Both the position numbers and the translations under genes were made by a program. From Vitrella brassicaformis CCMP3155 (Eukaryota; Protista; Chromerida), in assembly GCA_001179505.1 (NCBI GenBank), contig CDMY01000290.1, forward strand, positions 62,001-126,000: a DNA stretch of 64,000 nucleotides. The letters run 5' to 3'. This document shows, one piece after another, positions 1-12,626 of the stretch; position 1 is the stretch's first letter; the number at the start of each line of letters is the position of its first letter. The notes beneath the pieces were generated by a model. That model worked only from the letters and a program-made list of their open reading frames with translations, made no database searches and was not told the DNA's origin.

Positions 1-2313
1 TACTGGAAGGCAAGGGCCACGCGGGCCAACATGCGAGAGGCGAGACGAAAGTCCAGTGTCGCACTGGGCCTTTTGAGGTGCCAGAGCACCGTGACAGTCA
101 ATCAGGCCGACCTGATGATGCTGAGAGTGGCTTTCGGAGCCTGGTCACAGCACCGAGATAGGCAGCGGGACCGCCGGAGACACGCTGCATACCTCTGCAT
201 GGTCATGGGCGGCCTCATGTGCCGGCGGATGAAGCGAAGTGGGTTCGCGTCCCTCGCCCGCCGCCTGCACCATGGCCGCTCCGAACAAGTGGTGAGCGAG
301 TCCGTCCACTCACATGTTTTCTTCATGTGTGTGTGTGGTCAGATGGACAGGTTGCGTGAGCATCGGAGGCACTCTGCTATCCATTCACTTACCAAGACAC
401 TGGCCGTCTTGCCACCGGACCAGCTGCTCCCGAACTGCTTCAGAGGCTGGCTGTGGGTGGTCCAGCAGCAGAGGACGGAGGCCAGGGCTGTCACGAAGCT
501 CACCAGGTGAAAGGGAAGAGTGCCTGGTCTCGTCATTTGGTATTTGCTTGCTGCACATATGCCTCTGGCTGAAGGGTGCTGCTGCACCGTGCATCGAGCG
601 CCTTGAGCCAATTGCGACATCTAGCCAGGGCCGAGAGACAGCGGACGCACGCCATGCAGGAGGGCGCAGCTATGGCCCATCGGCGGTCGACACTTCGCCA
701 GCTCACCATGTCGCTCGACGCATCAGCCATGCAAGTGAGGCAGCCCTAGTACATGCACAGATACATAAACGGATGGCCTTGAATTCAGGTTGACGATGAT
801 TTGCGGAGGAGGGCACTCGGAGGCTGGAGACGCGCTGTGGCCCACCAGCGCAGGAAACACCGCGCTGCCACCGCCATGCTGAAAGGCATCCACCGAATCA
901 CCCTTCGGCGGGCGGCAGCAGCACTCGGTGGTCTTCGCAGAGGCCTGGACCGCGGCGATTTCCACTTGCACTCGAGGGTGCTGCAGCAGTCCATGGGGTG
1001 CTTTGCCCTTTCATTTCTTACCACCGGCATCAGGAGACGGAGACTGGGGGCTGCATTCCAGCGGCTGGCAAGGTACGAATGTCACGTTGCTGGTGACTTC
1101 TCTGCTTGCCACTCCTCTCTGTCCATTCAGCCTGGAGCAGCTGGCGAGTGTCCAGACATCCCACTGCCAGCTGCTGGAGTCAACACACACGAACCGACGC
1201 CTGGTTGCCGCCTTCGACCGATTGAAAGGTCTCGTGTATCGACGACGCCAGAAGGCGGCCCGCAGGCGGCTCCATGACGCATTGGAAGCCACCCGCCTGC
1301 TCAAAATCGAGAGGCGAATGCTGACCAAGTGGCGGGCCGCCCTGAGCCGCCGTCGGTCTGTCGCCCGCGGGGTCAACCAGGTGGACAGGGCATTGAATCG
1401 GTGGATGCGCCGGCTGGCGCATGACGCCCTGCAAAGATGGTGCAAGGCGGCGGACAGGGGTCGGCAGACGCGTGAGTTGGGTGCCCGGCTGAGACATGAG
1501 AGGCGCATGGTGGTGGACAGGATGGCGGTGCGGCAGAGCGAGAGGGGCGTTTGGGTGTCGATGAGGTATGTGTTGGCGCTGTGGCGGCAGGTCACCAAGG
1601 TCAAGAAGGCCTCGCGAATCCTCAAGTACGCTCGACAGCCGGCTGCATGTAAGATGGCAGCCGTCGTTTGTTCTGTCGCTGGGTTGTGTGTAGGGTGACG
1701 AGTTTCTGTGTGGCCGTGTCGCGAAGCCGCCGGGAAGCACTCAGATCAGCATTCATGGTCGGTCAGAGAAACACACGAGACACACATGCATCCCTTCGTC
1801 CCTCCCTGCTTTGATGTCTTACATGTGTCGCGTTGTCGTCCAGCGTCTTCACATCTTTGCGTTGGAGGAGGTCATGGTCGAGGAGCGCCAGTCGTTCGAG
1901 ACACACCTGGCCAGGACACACACACTCGAGTGCAGCACCCTAGCGTACGTGCAGGAGTGTCTCAGCTGCCTCACGCAAACACTGCAGCAGGCCCAGCAGC
2001 AACAGGCCGCCGAGGCCACCGACGTGGCTGCAGACGTGCAGTCGGCACTCGAGCAGGTAGGGAGTGTGCAACTCCAACCAGACTTCAACATGTCGCTCAT
2101 AATATTCAGGTGCACACATCCCTGCTGGGGCTGCGCAAGACATATGGAGAGATGCGTAAGGCGCGTGCGTCGCCGATCAGTGAGACCGCGTTGGATGGGG
2201 GCAGCTGCCCCAGGTGTCCCCTAAGCCTGCCCCCATCCACCCTATCGAGCCCCCTGCCTATTCCCCTTCACCATCTATACCAGGCGACAGACACCAACAG
2301 CACCATTTCGTAG
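1..2313 (+). CDS. Multi-exon basic helical protein with Sfi1-like Trp-periodic repeats (5' end outside window)
   Basis: Exons give repeated F/L-x-x-W motifs in Arg-rich helices (VAFGAWSQ, CFRGWLW, LTKWRA, LQRWCK, LALWRQ). GT-AG introns. Last exon VHTSLL...STIS* ends at TAG 2311-2313. Family call by eye. Confidence 0.5.
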
Positions 2314-2577
2314 CACACTGGCGCGCTCGCCGATTGATTTGTTGTTCTCCGTGGTGGATGCGAATCACGTCATCGCTTTTTGTTTGAGTGTCTGTTGTAC
2401 TCTTTATCATCGTAATGATGAGAAATCAATGGATAAAGCAATAAGATGTACCCGTCAGTCAGTCAGTCAAAACCAGCACGCGTCACACGTACTTGCCCGC
2501 CACAGAAAAACCATCCTCTCAGATCCTGAAGGAAGGTGACCTGCCTCTATCTCCTCTCTCATAGCTAGCCATGCATC

Positions 2578-3589
2578 CTATGCCTCCCCACCACCACCCT
2601 CCCCACCGCCTCCGCCTTCGTCACCCTCCCCGCCACCACTGTCACGGTTTTTCTTGAAGTCCTGAGGCACATAGACACATAGACATATGCGCATGTTGTT
2701 CGTGTGTGGCTCGGGTCGGCTTGCCTTGTCGGGTGCGACGGAGACGGTGAGTCCCGAGCGTTGTAGCCCCACACAGTAGCGCTCTGCCCTGTCCTTCCAG
2801 GTGGCCGTGACGGTCGCCACGCCGTTCTTGTGCGCCTCCACTGTGATGGTGTGCGCCTTGGCGCTGCTGATCTGCGGGATCACCTCTATGATCGAATCAG
2901 TCACGTAACGAAATCTGCACACGGAGAGAGTGGCAACAAGAACGCAGCCATGTTGATGTGTGTGTGTGTGGGTGCTGTGCTCCCCGTGTGCAGTCCGTCC
3001 GTGGCGTACGTGTGGATGTCGTCGTTGTGCAGGAGGACTCGCCAGTCCTTGATCTGTTTGGACCTCTCCTCCTGGTCCTCGTCGAGTTCCTCCTCCTCTT
3101 CGTCCTTGGTCTCCTCTCGGTCCAGCAGCCGCACTGCCGCCTTCTTGACCTCCTTGATCTTCTCCATCTGAGTGCCGTCGGCACTCGTCGACATCGACAG
3201 CACACACAGGGGCATTGCCTGGGTGACAGACAGACAGGGCATCATCGCACACGAGATGAATCATCGACCACTCACAGGGAGGTGCATACGCGTGCCGGAG
3301 TGATCTGCGTGACTGACCTTCCTCCTTGCTGTTGAGATTGGCATCCCGCGAGCAGTCCGCCTGGGAATGGCAGATCGGTGCCTGCCGCTGCCTCCGATAA
3401 GGCGCATCTGCACACAGACACGCAGGCACACGAGGGGATGAATGGTGGGACGGCGGCGTGGTGCTGATGTGCTGATCTATGCATTGTCATGCTCACCCAG
3501 GATGCAACGTACGCCTGCCCGCATCGAAGCCAAGCAAGGCACAGCACACATATGCCCAACAAATGCATCATCACCTGCCTCATGGCCAA
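2578..3589 (-). CDS. clpS: Plastid-targeted ClpS N-degron adaptor
   Basis: Spliced core WRVLLHNDDIHT/FRYVTDSIIEVIPQISSAKAHTITVEAHKNGVATV matches ClpS (N-D-D and H pocket residues). N-terminal signal peptide ending CGQA-Y, acidic linker, Gly-rich tail. Confidence 0.88.
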
Positions 3590-3633
3590 CAGGATTCTCG
3601 TGTCGTCATCTGCGAGCTTAGAGCTGCGAGCTC

Positions 3634-5040
3634 ATGTCTTGGAGGAGAAAGAAAGAGGTTTTGTCGTTGATGTGCCCTGGTGACCATCTGTACACGAACG
3701 TGAACGCCTCAGACGCTGTTGGAGGTATGGAGCCCAAAGGTGATCCTCGCAGCACTCCTGCGGCAGATCCACGCTTTGATCCTGTCACACGGTCAGATAC
3801 ACGAAGCGCACACTCAGTCAGACTTCATCCATTTATCTGTTTTCGCTTTGTGTGAGTCCACCAGGCAGCCGCACACAGGGTGGCTGTCCCCCGAGCTGCT
3901 GCTGGCCGCCCTCCTCATTCTGTGCCTCTCAGAAACCGTCCTCTCGTCGGCGCGAGGCCACCAGCCAGGCATCATCCTCGGCGCAGTGCTGTTTGTCCTC
4001 AGCGGCATAGCGCTGCTGGCCGCCGCCTTCCCCCTCAGGTGCATCTCGTCGTCCGGCTTCAATCTGGCGGCGTGCATCACGTGCAAGGCGGACAACAAGG
4101 TGCTGAGGTACGGCGGGCGGACGCTGCTGTGGATCTTGGTGGTGCTGGTGACCTTCAAGCTGGTGATCGGCATTGCGTGCCGCATGGCGGCGCCCAAGAT
4201 GCTGTTCCCTGACGCGTGTGAGGTCGATGGATGCACCAGGTGGGTCGGGTGAGCTGACTGACTGACTGGATGCATCAGCGGCGGTGGACAGACAGGTGTA
4301 GGTGTGTGCATTCATTCATTCGTCTGTGCGTGGTGTGGTGTGTTTGGCTATGTGTGGCCCGCCCATCAGAGTGAGCTATCAGTCTGCCCAGCGAGGTGAG
4401 GGTCTGAAGCCCCTCCAATACAGTGTCGACATGACAGCTGCCGCGTAAGCCACACCCACAGAAAACACGACATGGTCCGGCAAACCGTGTTTTTCATGTG
4501 GGCTGTGTGCCATGTGGTGCGTATCCTCAGTGACATCGTGAAGCGATGGATAGAGGGTGAGCCAATGGGTTACTTGGAGAGCGAGAGCGTGGTGCCATCG
4601 CCCACACCCGGATCAGCAGCACTCGTCCAGACACTACTGCACGGCAGGTGCGTCACGTCCACCTCTGTCTGCAGCCAGGCGCTCGACACAACACGGCACC
4701 CTGTCTGTCTGTGTGCTGAGCCTGGCCTGTCTGTCCCTCAGGTTTCTGACCCGCTGGATGGGCTTCTCTGACGACCTGTTTGTGCTCCTGCGGTGCTCAA
4801 ACGAAGCACTGCTCGTCGAGGCACAAAGGCAACCACACACACAACACACACACACACAGACGGATGCACATCATTATTCCTTCCTCTGTCTGTGTGTGTA
4901 GTTCGTTGCGTGTGGGTCGGGACGACTTCGGAGTCAACGAGCAGCGTGTGCGTCGGCTGTGGGGCCATCTAAAGGATGAGCTGCCCACCCTGCCGCATGC
5001 CAAGTGCCCACCGGAGAGCCAAGACGCCATGCACAGATAG
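3634..5040 (+). CDS. Membrane protein with C-terminal DUF1499-type domain
   Basis: Three hydrophobic segments, then FLTRWMGFSDDLFV...EAQSSLRVGRDDFGVNEQRVRRLW, which matches the DUF1499 C-terminal signature. Start codon uncertain (3634, 3670 or 3727). Confidence 0.72.
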
Positions 5041-5876
5041 ACACACACCCACATGACATGACATTAGGGTCCCGGTGTGGTGTGGTGTGGGTGTCAAGCA
5101 CTCACTAGGTGGGTCTGCCACCTGGGTGTCTGGTTGGCTTCCTTACTGTAGAGGTGTGCGTACTCATCCGCTCACGTCACGTACGGCATTTGTTTGTATC
5201 TGTCTGCAAGGCGTAAGTAACAGCGGATTGGCGGCCTGAGGGGGGTGGGGTGGGGTGGGCTGGGTTGGTGTCTTGTTGATCGCTGCCGTCTTGTCCTGGG
5301 TCGACGACCGACCCACCGACGTGATTTCATGGGAGTACGGTAAGTACGGGCGCACGTCCCACGTAAGTAAATGCGCCCGTGGATTGATTGGTGATAAGAA
5401 TGAGCGCTGATGGCGACCCGCTCAGCCTTTTTTCGGTGTTGTGCGACCGACCGGCTGACCGGCAAGGCAGGAGTGACTGAGTCTAGTTATTTGTCGGACA
5501 GCAAGGAATATCTCTTGACTGAAGCACTCATTCACAGCGAGCGACCCGGGTCTGGTCTCACACGCACACACAGCAAGGGCAACAAATCGCATCGCACGCT
5601 GAGCATAGGTGAGTCGAGTCGAGTCGAGTCGAGTTGATCGGTTCTTGACCCTAAAAAACAGGCATGCAACACCCCACCCATTCCATTCATTCAGGCCCTC
5701 TCACCCCACGTAACATTACACGCTCCTCCCTCCCTCCCTCCCTCCATGGCATGGCACAGCACACACGGGGCGGGGCTGTGAAAAAGGCCTGGCCGGGCAA
5801 GGCAACCTCAGGCTATCACACCGGCCAGGCCAAAACACCGACCGACCGAGACAGACACGGTGGTCCCTCGGGTCAC

Positions 5877-8608
5877 TCAGCTGCCCTCGACGCCAAACTG
5901 CTCTGTGAAGTCGGCCTGCTTCTTGAGGTCCTGCTGACCAACCGTCGCACGCGCATTCTCCAACACAGCCTCAAAATCCCTCTGCACGCACACACCACAG
6001 CACAGCACAGCACCAGGTCTATGGATGCAGGCATCTGTGGGCGGGTGAGGGTGCGGTGTTTATGTTGTGTTGGTCATCCCCCCCCCCCTCTCCCACCATT
6101 GAGAGGTCGGTGGGCATGAGTTCGGCGGGTGGCACGTCCATGAGGGCCATCTCCTTCTTGGAGGGGTCGGGGTCGCCAGGCGAACACGGAGTCCAAAACT
6201 CCTTGCCGTCACGACTTATCTGCACGCACGCAACGCAACGCACGGAGATTGGAGACAGACAGACATGTGTGAACGCACCTCTCAGTCAAGCAAGGTGTGT
6301 GTCGTGTTGTTGTGCCGTGGCATGCATGGCTCACCCGTTTGAAGTGTGTGGCGGATCTGCAGATTCTGACAGGCTCAAACAGGGCGTCGCGCACCACCAC
6401 AGAAATGTCGGCACCAGAGAAGCTGCGTACAAGGACGGACGTATGAATGCAATGCCGCAATACAGAATATATTGTCGGTGGATGTGTCTGTACGTACGTG
6501 GCAATGTATGTCACTTACCCCTCAGTGCATTCGGCGAGTCGTTGGAAGTCTGCGTCATTGAGGCTGTTGGGCGTCTTGCCCACGTGAAGCTCAAAAATCT
6601 GATGCACACACATAGATCGATAGGCCATACATGCGATGCGATCGATGGCTTATCTTCCACTTCCTGGGTCTGGTCTCATCGTCTCGTGTGCACTGCACAT
6701 TATATGAATGTATATGTGTGTCGTGTCCGTACCCTTTTCCTGGCCCTGACGTCTGGCAGTGGAATGTAAATGCGGCGCTCGAACCTTCGCCGAATGGCCG
6801 CGTCCAGCTCCCACGGCACATTCTGCCACAGACACAGACACAGACACAGACCAGCGAACAGACAAACAGACACATCACATGCAGCCAGGTTCAGGCAGAC
6901 AAGCGACCCTTTCTGTGTGTGCGTACGGTGGCCCCGAGGACCAACACGCCATTGTCGTCCTTGCCGACACCTGATGCATCCATCGATAATGCATATCGAG
7001 ATGTGCCGTTCATGTGTCAGTCAGCGTGTCGTGTCGGTGCTGTGGTGTCAGTCAGTCAGTCAGTCTGCTTGCCTTGCATTTGCACGAGGAACTCAGTCTT
7101 GATGCGCCGCGATGACTCGCTCTCGCCGTCAGAACCACGACCTGCAGCGCACACCAAGACACAAAGAGATAGAGGCGCATGAATGAAATGGATGCGTACG
7201 CTTGCATGGTGAGCCCACTCCCCTGACCGCTGCACAGTGAGTCGACTTCGTCGATGAATATGATAGACGGCTTGGAGGCACGCGACATCTCAAACAAAGT
7301 GCGAACCAACCTGCAAACACGCGGTGCAGCATTGGTGGTCTGGTCGTTGCCGGCTTGTTGGCTCCTCGCGAATCTCATCTCACCGCTCGCTTTCGCCCTG
7401 CCACTTGCTGACGAGGTCAGAGGATGACACTGACAGACAGGCAGACAAACAGACACCACGCAGCGCACACACACGATGAGGCAGGCAACCAATCGTGCGA
7501 TCGATCGCTCGCTAAGGCACCCACCTGAGAAGAACTGTGCGGATGCCTCGGTGGCGCACGCTTTAGCCAAATAAGACTTGCCCGTGCCGGGAGGCTGCAC
7601 ACACATTCCAACACATATGCTATGCCACTCACCCAGTGGCCTGGCCATGTGTGTTCGTTGGTGCTTGTTTTGTGCTTACGCCATAGAGTAGAATTCCCTT
7701 CCAGGGTTTTCTGTTGCCCGTGAACAGCTGTGGGAACCTGGTGGGCAGGATGACGGCCTCCTGCAGCGACTCCTTGGCCGACTCCAGACCTGATGCGATG
7801 CGATGCAGGATGGGATGGTGCGGACACATCCATCCATCCATTCATACAAATGTACGGCGGTGATCTATCTATCGATCGATTGATCGACTTCCTTGGTTCC
7901 TACCAGCCACATCGTCCCACTTGACGTTCGGCTTCTCCGTCACAATCGCGCCTGACAGACAGACAGACAGACAGACACGCACAGAGGGACGCAAACACAA
8001 TCGATGCAAAAGATGACTGACGGCTGTGCTGCAGTGCACTCGCACGTACTTGTGAGTGCGTTCTTGAGTTTGTCCTTCTCTTCGGCGCCGTCCTTCTCAC
8101 CGCTGAAGCCAAGCATGATCCACAGACAGACACAGCAGACAGGACAGGCACATCCATCTCTGGTGTATGTATGTATCTATCGCTGTGTGTGGATAACTTT
8201 GCTGGCTGCCACCGTCCGTACCCCTCCTTGTGGTCCTCCCCGCCAGCGGGCAGCGGTGGCTGTTTGTTTTCACTTTTGGCAGCCAGGTACTCCTTGATCT
8301 TCTCGGCTCGGGTCACGTACTCCTCCATCTTCTTGTACAGACGCTGCTTCAGCACCTCGTTCGACTGATCTGTGTGGTGGCCATTCACACACACACACAC
8401 ACAGGCAAAGATCTCTCTGCAGTCTGTCTGTCTGTCACTCCTTGTTTGTGAGATGTCGTCTGTGGCGTTGATTACATTTGCATACGAGTGACCAGTTGTC
8501 GAGTGAGAGTTTGTACAGCTCGAGTGCCTCCTCGTACTGGCCATCCTTGTCCTTCTGAGCCGCACTCTGCGCCAGCTCTATCGCGCGACGCAGACGCTCG
8601 TCCTCCAT
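5877..8608 (-). CDS. VPS4: VPS4 AAA+ ATPase with N-terminal MIT domain
   Basis: MIT helix [58 protein letters not shown], Walker [15 protein letters not shown], Walker [18 protein letters not shown]-terminal [10 protein letters not shown]. Confidence 0.96.
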
Positions 8609-8866
8609 TGGGCCGCAGATGCTGCCGCTCTCTGTCTACGCCAATTTCCTCTCTGATGCAATCAACTCTCGCTCCTTCGAACTTCGGGATTTGCGCGCTC
8701 AGGCTCGCAGAAGGGGGAGCGTTTTACGAGCGATCGGCAGCGCTGTGTCGTGGACAAAACGAGATGAATTCACTCGAAGGACTCATCCCAGGCACTGCTC
8801 GCCAGCCGCCTGTACCGCAGCAGAGAGATCTTCATCCATTGTCTGCCCTTCGCCTGATCTCTCGAC

Positions 8867-10429
8867 ATGATGCAGCTGACGACACTGGTTGCAGGTGCGC
8901 ATGAGATGCCATCCCATGCATCACGCAGAAAAGAGCGTGGTTTGGTGAGTCATCCCTGTCCGGTCTGTCAGTTGTGGCCCTGGTGATCCAGACGTCGACT
9001 GTCGGTGCAGCGGAGGTGGCCTTCGTCGCTGTCCATGGGCCGCCACTCATGCGCACCCGAGCACAGCACCGCCTTGCGGGTCCGGCTGTGAGGAGGAGCC
9101 AGCCCATGCGTCAGGGGCCCGTCATGATAACAAGCGACAACTTCATCGACAGGGCGTTCAGGCTCGCCCGCAGTGTGATAGGTGGCACCGACAGACTCTG
9201 CCTGCCGTTGCGCTTTGAGTTAACGTTGTCCCCCCCTGTGATAGGTGGCATTCTCCTACGCATCGAGGACCCAGAAAAGCTCATCGAACAGGCCGTCACA
9301 GGTAGTCACAGGCACACGCAGTCCGTGGCGGATGCATCAGGGTGACTGACCGCCGTGTGTGGTGTGTCCATCCATCGTCAGACATGCAGAGTGACCTCGG
9401 CCGCATCAAGCAGAGTTATGCGGAGGTGACGTCGACCCAGCGGCGTGGCGAGCGGCAGCGGGAGGCTTTACTGGAGCAGGTGCAGGAGTGGGAGAGGCGA
9501 GCACAGCTCGCCGTCAGCAAGGTGGGTGCGTGTGGCTGCGCTTATGTACGCATCGATGTGCACACGCTAATCGTGTGTGTGTGTGTGTCTGGATGGCGCA
9601 GGGCCGTGATGACATGGCGAGGGAAGCACTGCAGCGCCGCGTTGTGTTGACGACAAAAGTGCAGGGTCTTGACGAGCAACTCCGAGTGAGTGATCAACGC
9701 CGATTTCTCACACAACAAACCACACTTTCCTTCCCGCGTCTTCTTTGCAGATCCAGAAGGAGGCGTTGTTGCAGCTTCGCTCTTCGATGAGGACGCTGGA
9801 GGGCAAGATTCTGGAGGCCCGCAGCAAGAAGGAGCAGCTCATCGCCCGCGCCCGCACCGCCAAGACGGCTCAGCAGATCCAGGATATGCTGGGCGGCCTG
9901 GGTGCAGTTCCCACATCCCTGCAGGCGTTCGAGAGGATGCGAGAGCGCGTTGAGGCCCTCGAGGCCAAAGTGGAGGTATGCATGATCGCTGACTAACCTT
10001 AGCGTGCTTACCATACGAGAGTGTCTTTGTCTGTGCGTGCGTGTGTGTGTGTGTGTGCAGGTGAGTCGTCAGATGAGTGAGAATGCGGGCAGCCTCGAGG
10101 AGCAGTTCCTGTCGCTGGAGTTTGGGGGTGAGGTTGAGGAGGAGCTCTTGCGGCTTAAGCAGCAGCAGGGCATCATCGACACTACTCCCCAGGAGCGACA
10201 GATACCCATCCAACCGGTCGGTGTGCGGACGGACAGAGGCACGAAAGAGGGTCGGATCCTTCTGCGCGCAGCTCGAACAAACATTGTTTCTGTCATGTGT
10301 GTGTGACGCATGTCATTTCAGCTTCGCTTCTCGTCACCCGAGACAGTGGAGAGAGAACTGATTGAGTTGAAGCGCGCCAAGCCGCCTGCTGCTGAAGAGG
10401 AGCGAGCTCCCACCAGATACACGTCGTGA
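8867..10429 (+). CDS. VIPP1: VIPP1/IM30 (PspA/ESCRT-III superfamily), plastid-targeted
   Basis: Signal peptide plus AF motif. FIDRAFRLARSVIGGILLRIEDPEKLIEQAV, AREALQRR, LEGKILEARSKKEQLIARARTAK, AFERMRERV. C-terminal extra helix TVERELIELKR is typical of VIPP1. Confidence 0.92.
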
Positions 10430-11316
10430 CCTGACGACAAGACACACACACACACAAACACACACACCGTGCTCCAGGACGGCCCTTCCGTGAAGGCGGC
10501 ATTCGCGATGCGCAAGAGGGACAAACATACACACGTGGCGGCTGAGGATGTAGGCTTGCTGCCATTTCTGCCACTCATGTATTTTCTGGTCATTGATCCT
10601 TCCGCGTGCTGACTGTAATCCGTTTGTGTGGATGTATGTTCGTATGTTGGTATGTGTGGGTGTGTTTTTTCGGCCCATGTATGTATGTATGTATGGTGTG
10701 TGTGTGGCGTCCACCGCGGACTTGAGGCAGATAAGTACTGCTGTGCATAGGATAGCATAGCAGAGGATAGCATAGCAGAGGGGGAGAGGAGAGGAGACCA
10801 CGTGTCTGTCCGTTTGAATCAGTCAGCTGCCATGGGATTGATCAATACGATCGATATGCACACACACCCCTACACACAAGTGGACACCAAAACGGCCGAC
10901 ACTCACTCGGGTAAGTCTATACGCACCCGCACACACGAGCCACGTACTGACACAAAACACGCACGAGTCACGAGCAGTGGATGACCGATCGCTCAGGGCT
11001 GCCTACCCACTCCTACACACCATGCAGAGACACTGACAGAGAGAGATAGCTAGACATCAAGAAAGAGGAGGGAGGCTCGCTAGCATTGAGACAGGTCAAA
11101 CCACACCGCCCGCAAACACCGGCACGCCGCAGCCACCAGTCAGTGTGTCGGGTATGCAATCGATCAGTCAGTCAGTCAGTCAGTCAGCACGAGGAGCACC
11201 TACCTGGCAATCCATTCATCAGTCGAGTCGTCCAATCCACACATCCAATCCACCATTCGAGAGCCCTGAGGTGCTTTGACCTCAGCGCCACAAACACCCA
11301 CCCATCCGTCCACCAT

Positions 11317-12315
11317 CTAGTCCTCCGCCGCGGCGGCCACCGCCAGGATGTCCTCGTCCAACTCCACCTGCTCCTTGTCCAGCGCATCAGGCAGGAACGC
11401 GTTGATGATATCAATCAGGTTCTCCTCGAACGAGAAGATCAGCAAGTCCAGCGCCGTCTCGCCAATGTCAATGTGCTTCTGCGTCTGCTCCGTGAGGAAC
11501 GACGCCACATTCTCGGGCGCCCACGCGTTGGCGATGATGCCGACTGGGCCGGGGCCGGGCTGGATGGGGACCAGCTCCTTGAACTTTGCCCTGTCCTGGG
11601 GGATGAGGGTCTCGTTGATGGCCTTGACAAAATTATCGATGGGGAACTTGCTGAGAGGCTTGATGTCCACGCCATACACAGGGGACACTTTGTCATCGCC
11701 ATCCTCGTTGGGGAACTTCTCGGCGAGGTCCTCGGTGAGCTTCTCGAGGCGGTAGTTGTTGAGGTTGACCAGCTCCAGCCCCGCCGACACCGTGCCAGCC
11801 GTGTCGCTCACATGCTCCAATGCGCTGTCGATGATCTTCTCGGGGTGCAGTGACTCAAGCGTCTTGTCCACTGCCGCACCGACAGCCTTCGTGGCGACAA
11901 CATCGACAGCCCCAAGAGCGCCCTTAGCAACGTCGCCGGCGGCGGCGACCTTGCCAGCCGTGTCGCTCACATGCTCCAATGCGCCGTCGATGATCTTCTC
12001 GGGGTGCAGTGACTCAAGCGTCTTGTCCACTGCCGCACCGACAGCCTTCGTGGCGACAACATCGACAGCCCCAAGAGCGCCCTTAGCAACGTCGCCGGCG
12101 GCGGCGACCTTGCCAGCCGTGTCGCTCACATGCTCCAATGCGCCGTCGATGACCTTCTCGGGGTTCAGTGACTTAAGCGTGGTGTCCACTGCCGCACCGA
12201 CAGTGGCGACACCATCGACAGCCTTGCCGGCGGCATCGAGGAAGTCAGCGACCTCACATTGCGCCACCAGCAAGGCACTGGCGACGACGAGCAGCGTCAG
12301 CGCCGCACGGGCCAT
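11317..12315 (-). CDS. Intronless secreted protein (332 aa) with 53-aa tandem repeats
   Basis: Signal peptide MARAALTLLVVASALLVAQC. Ala/Val/Gly-rich repeat, acidic C-terminal domain, open frame to TAG. Confidence 0.85.
   Translation of the reverse strand: MARAALTLLVVASALLVAQCEVADFLDAAGKAVDGVATVGAAVDTTLKSLNPEKVIDGALEHVSDTAGKVAAAGDVAKGALGAVDVVATKAVGAAVDKTLESLHPEKIIDGALEHVSDTAGKVAAAGDVAKGALGAVDVVATKAVGAAVDKTLESLHPEKIIDSALEHVSDTAGTVSAGLELVNLNNYRLEKLTEDLAEKFPNEDGDDKVSPVYGVDIKPLSKFPIDNFVKAINETLIPQDRAKFKELVPIQPGPGPVGIIANAWAPENVASFLTEQTQKHIDIGETALDLLIFSFEENLIDIINAFLPDALDKEQVELDEDILAVAAAAED
11803..12202. repeat. 159-bp coding tandem repeat, about 2.5 copies
   Basis: gtcgctcacatgctccaatgcg starts at 11803, 11962 and 12121. 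The first two units differ at 1 of 159 nt. Confidence 0.95.
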
Positions 12316-12626
12316 CGCTGAAGAAAGAGATAAATGAATCGATGTGGCGAAGTCGGCGCAGGAGGGGAAGGCTCGCGCTCCTGCGGCGTCAGGGATGGTC
12401 AACAACGTCGTCTTCCTGGCGTTTTGCCGCCTTCCGAAACCCAGCACTGTAGCCCGTACGGGTTTACAAATTTACACATCCCTTCTCATTCTGGCACACG
12501 TCTCACCCACGCTCTCCCAAGAGAGGGATCAAGCGCAGGAAGGGAGAGGCCGTGGTTTTGCGTGGAGGCGACAAAGTGCCCCTGGCTTGCCTCTCACTGA
12601 GGCTCTTCAGTGTGTGTGTGTCAGTG

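Noticed and set aside
5641-5660. gaccctaaaa as a telomerase RNA template
   Set aside because: Too short, lacks the 1.5-repeat template and supporting structure.
11756-12337. 193-aa plus-strand ORF with repeats
   Set aside because: Antisense shadow of the secreted repeat protein; the minus frame has the signal peptide and the full-length ORF.
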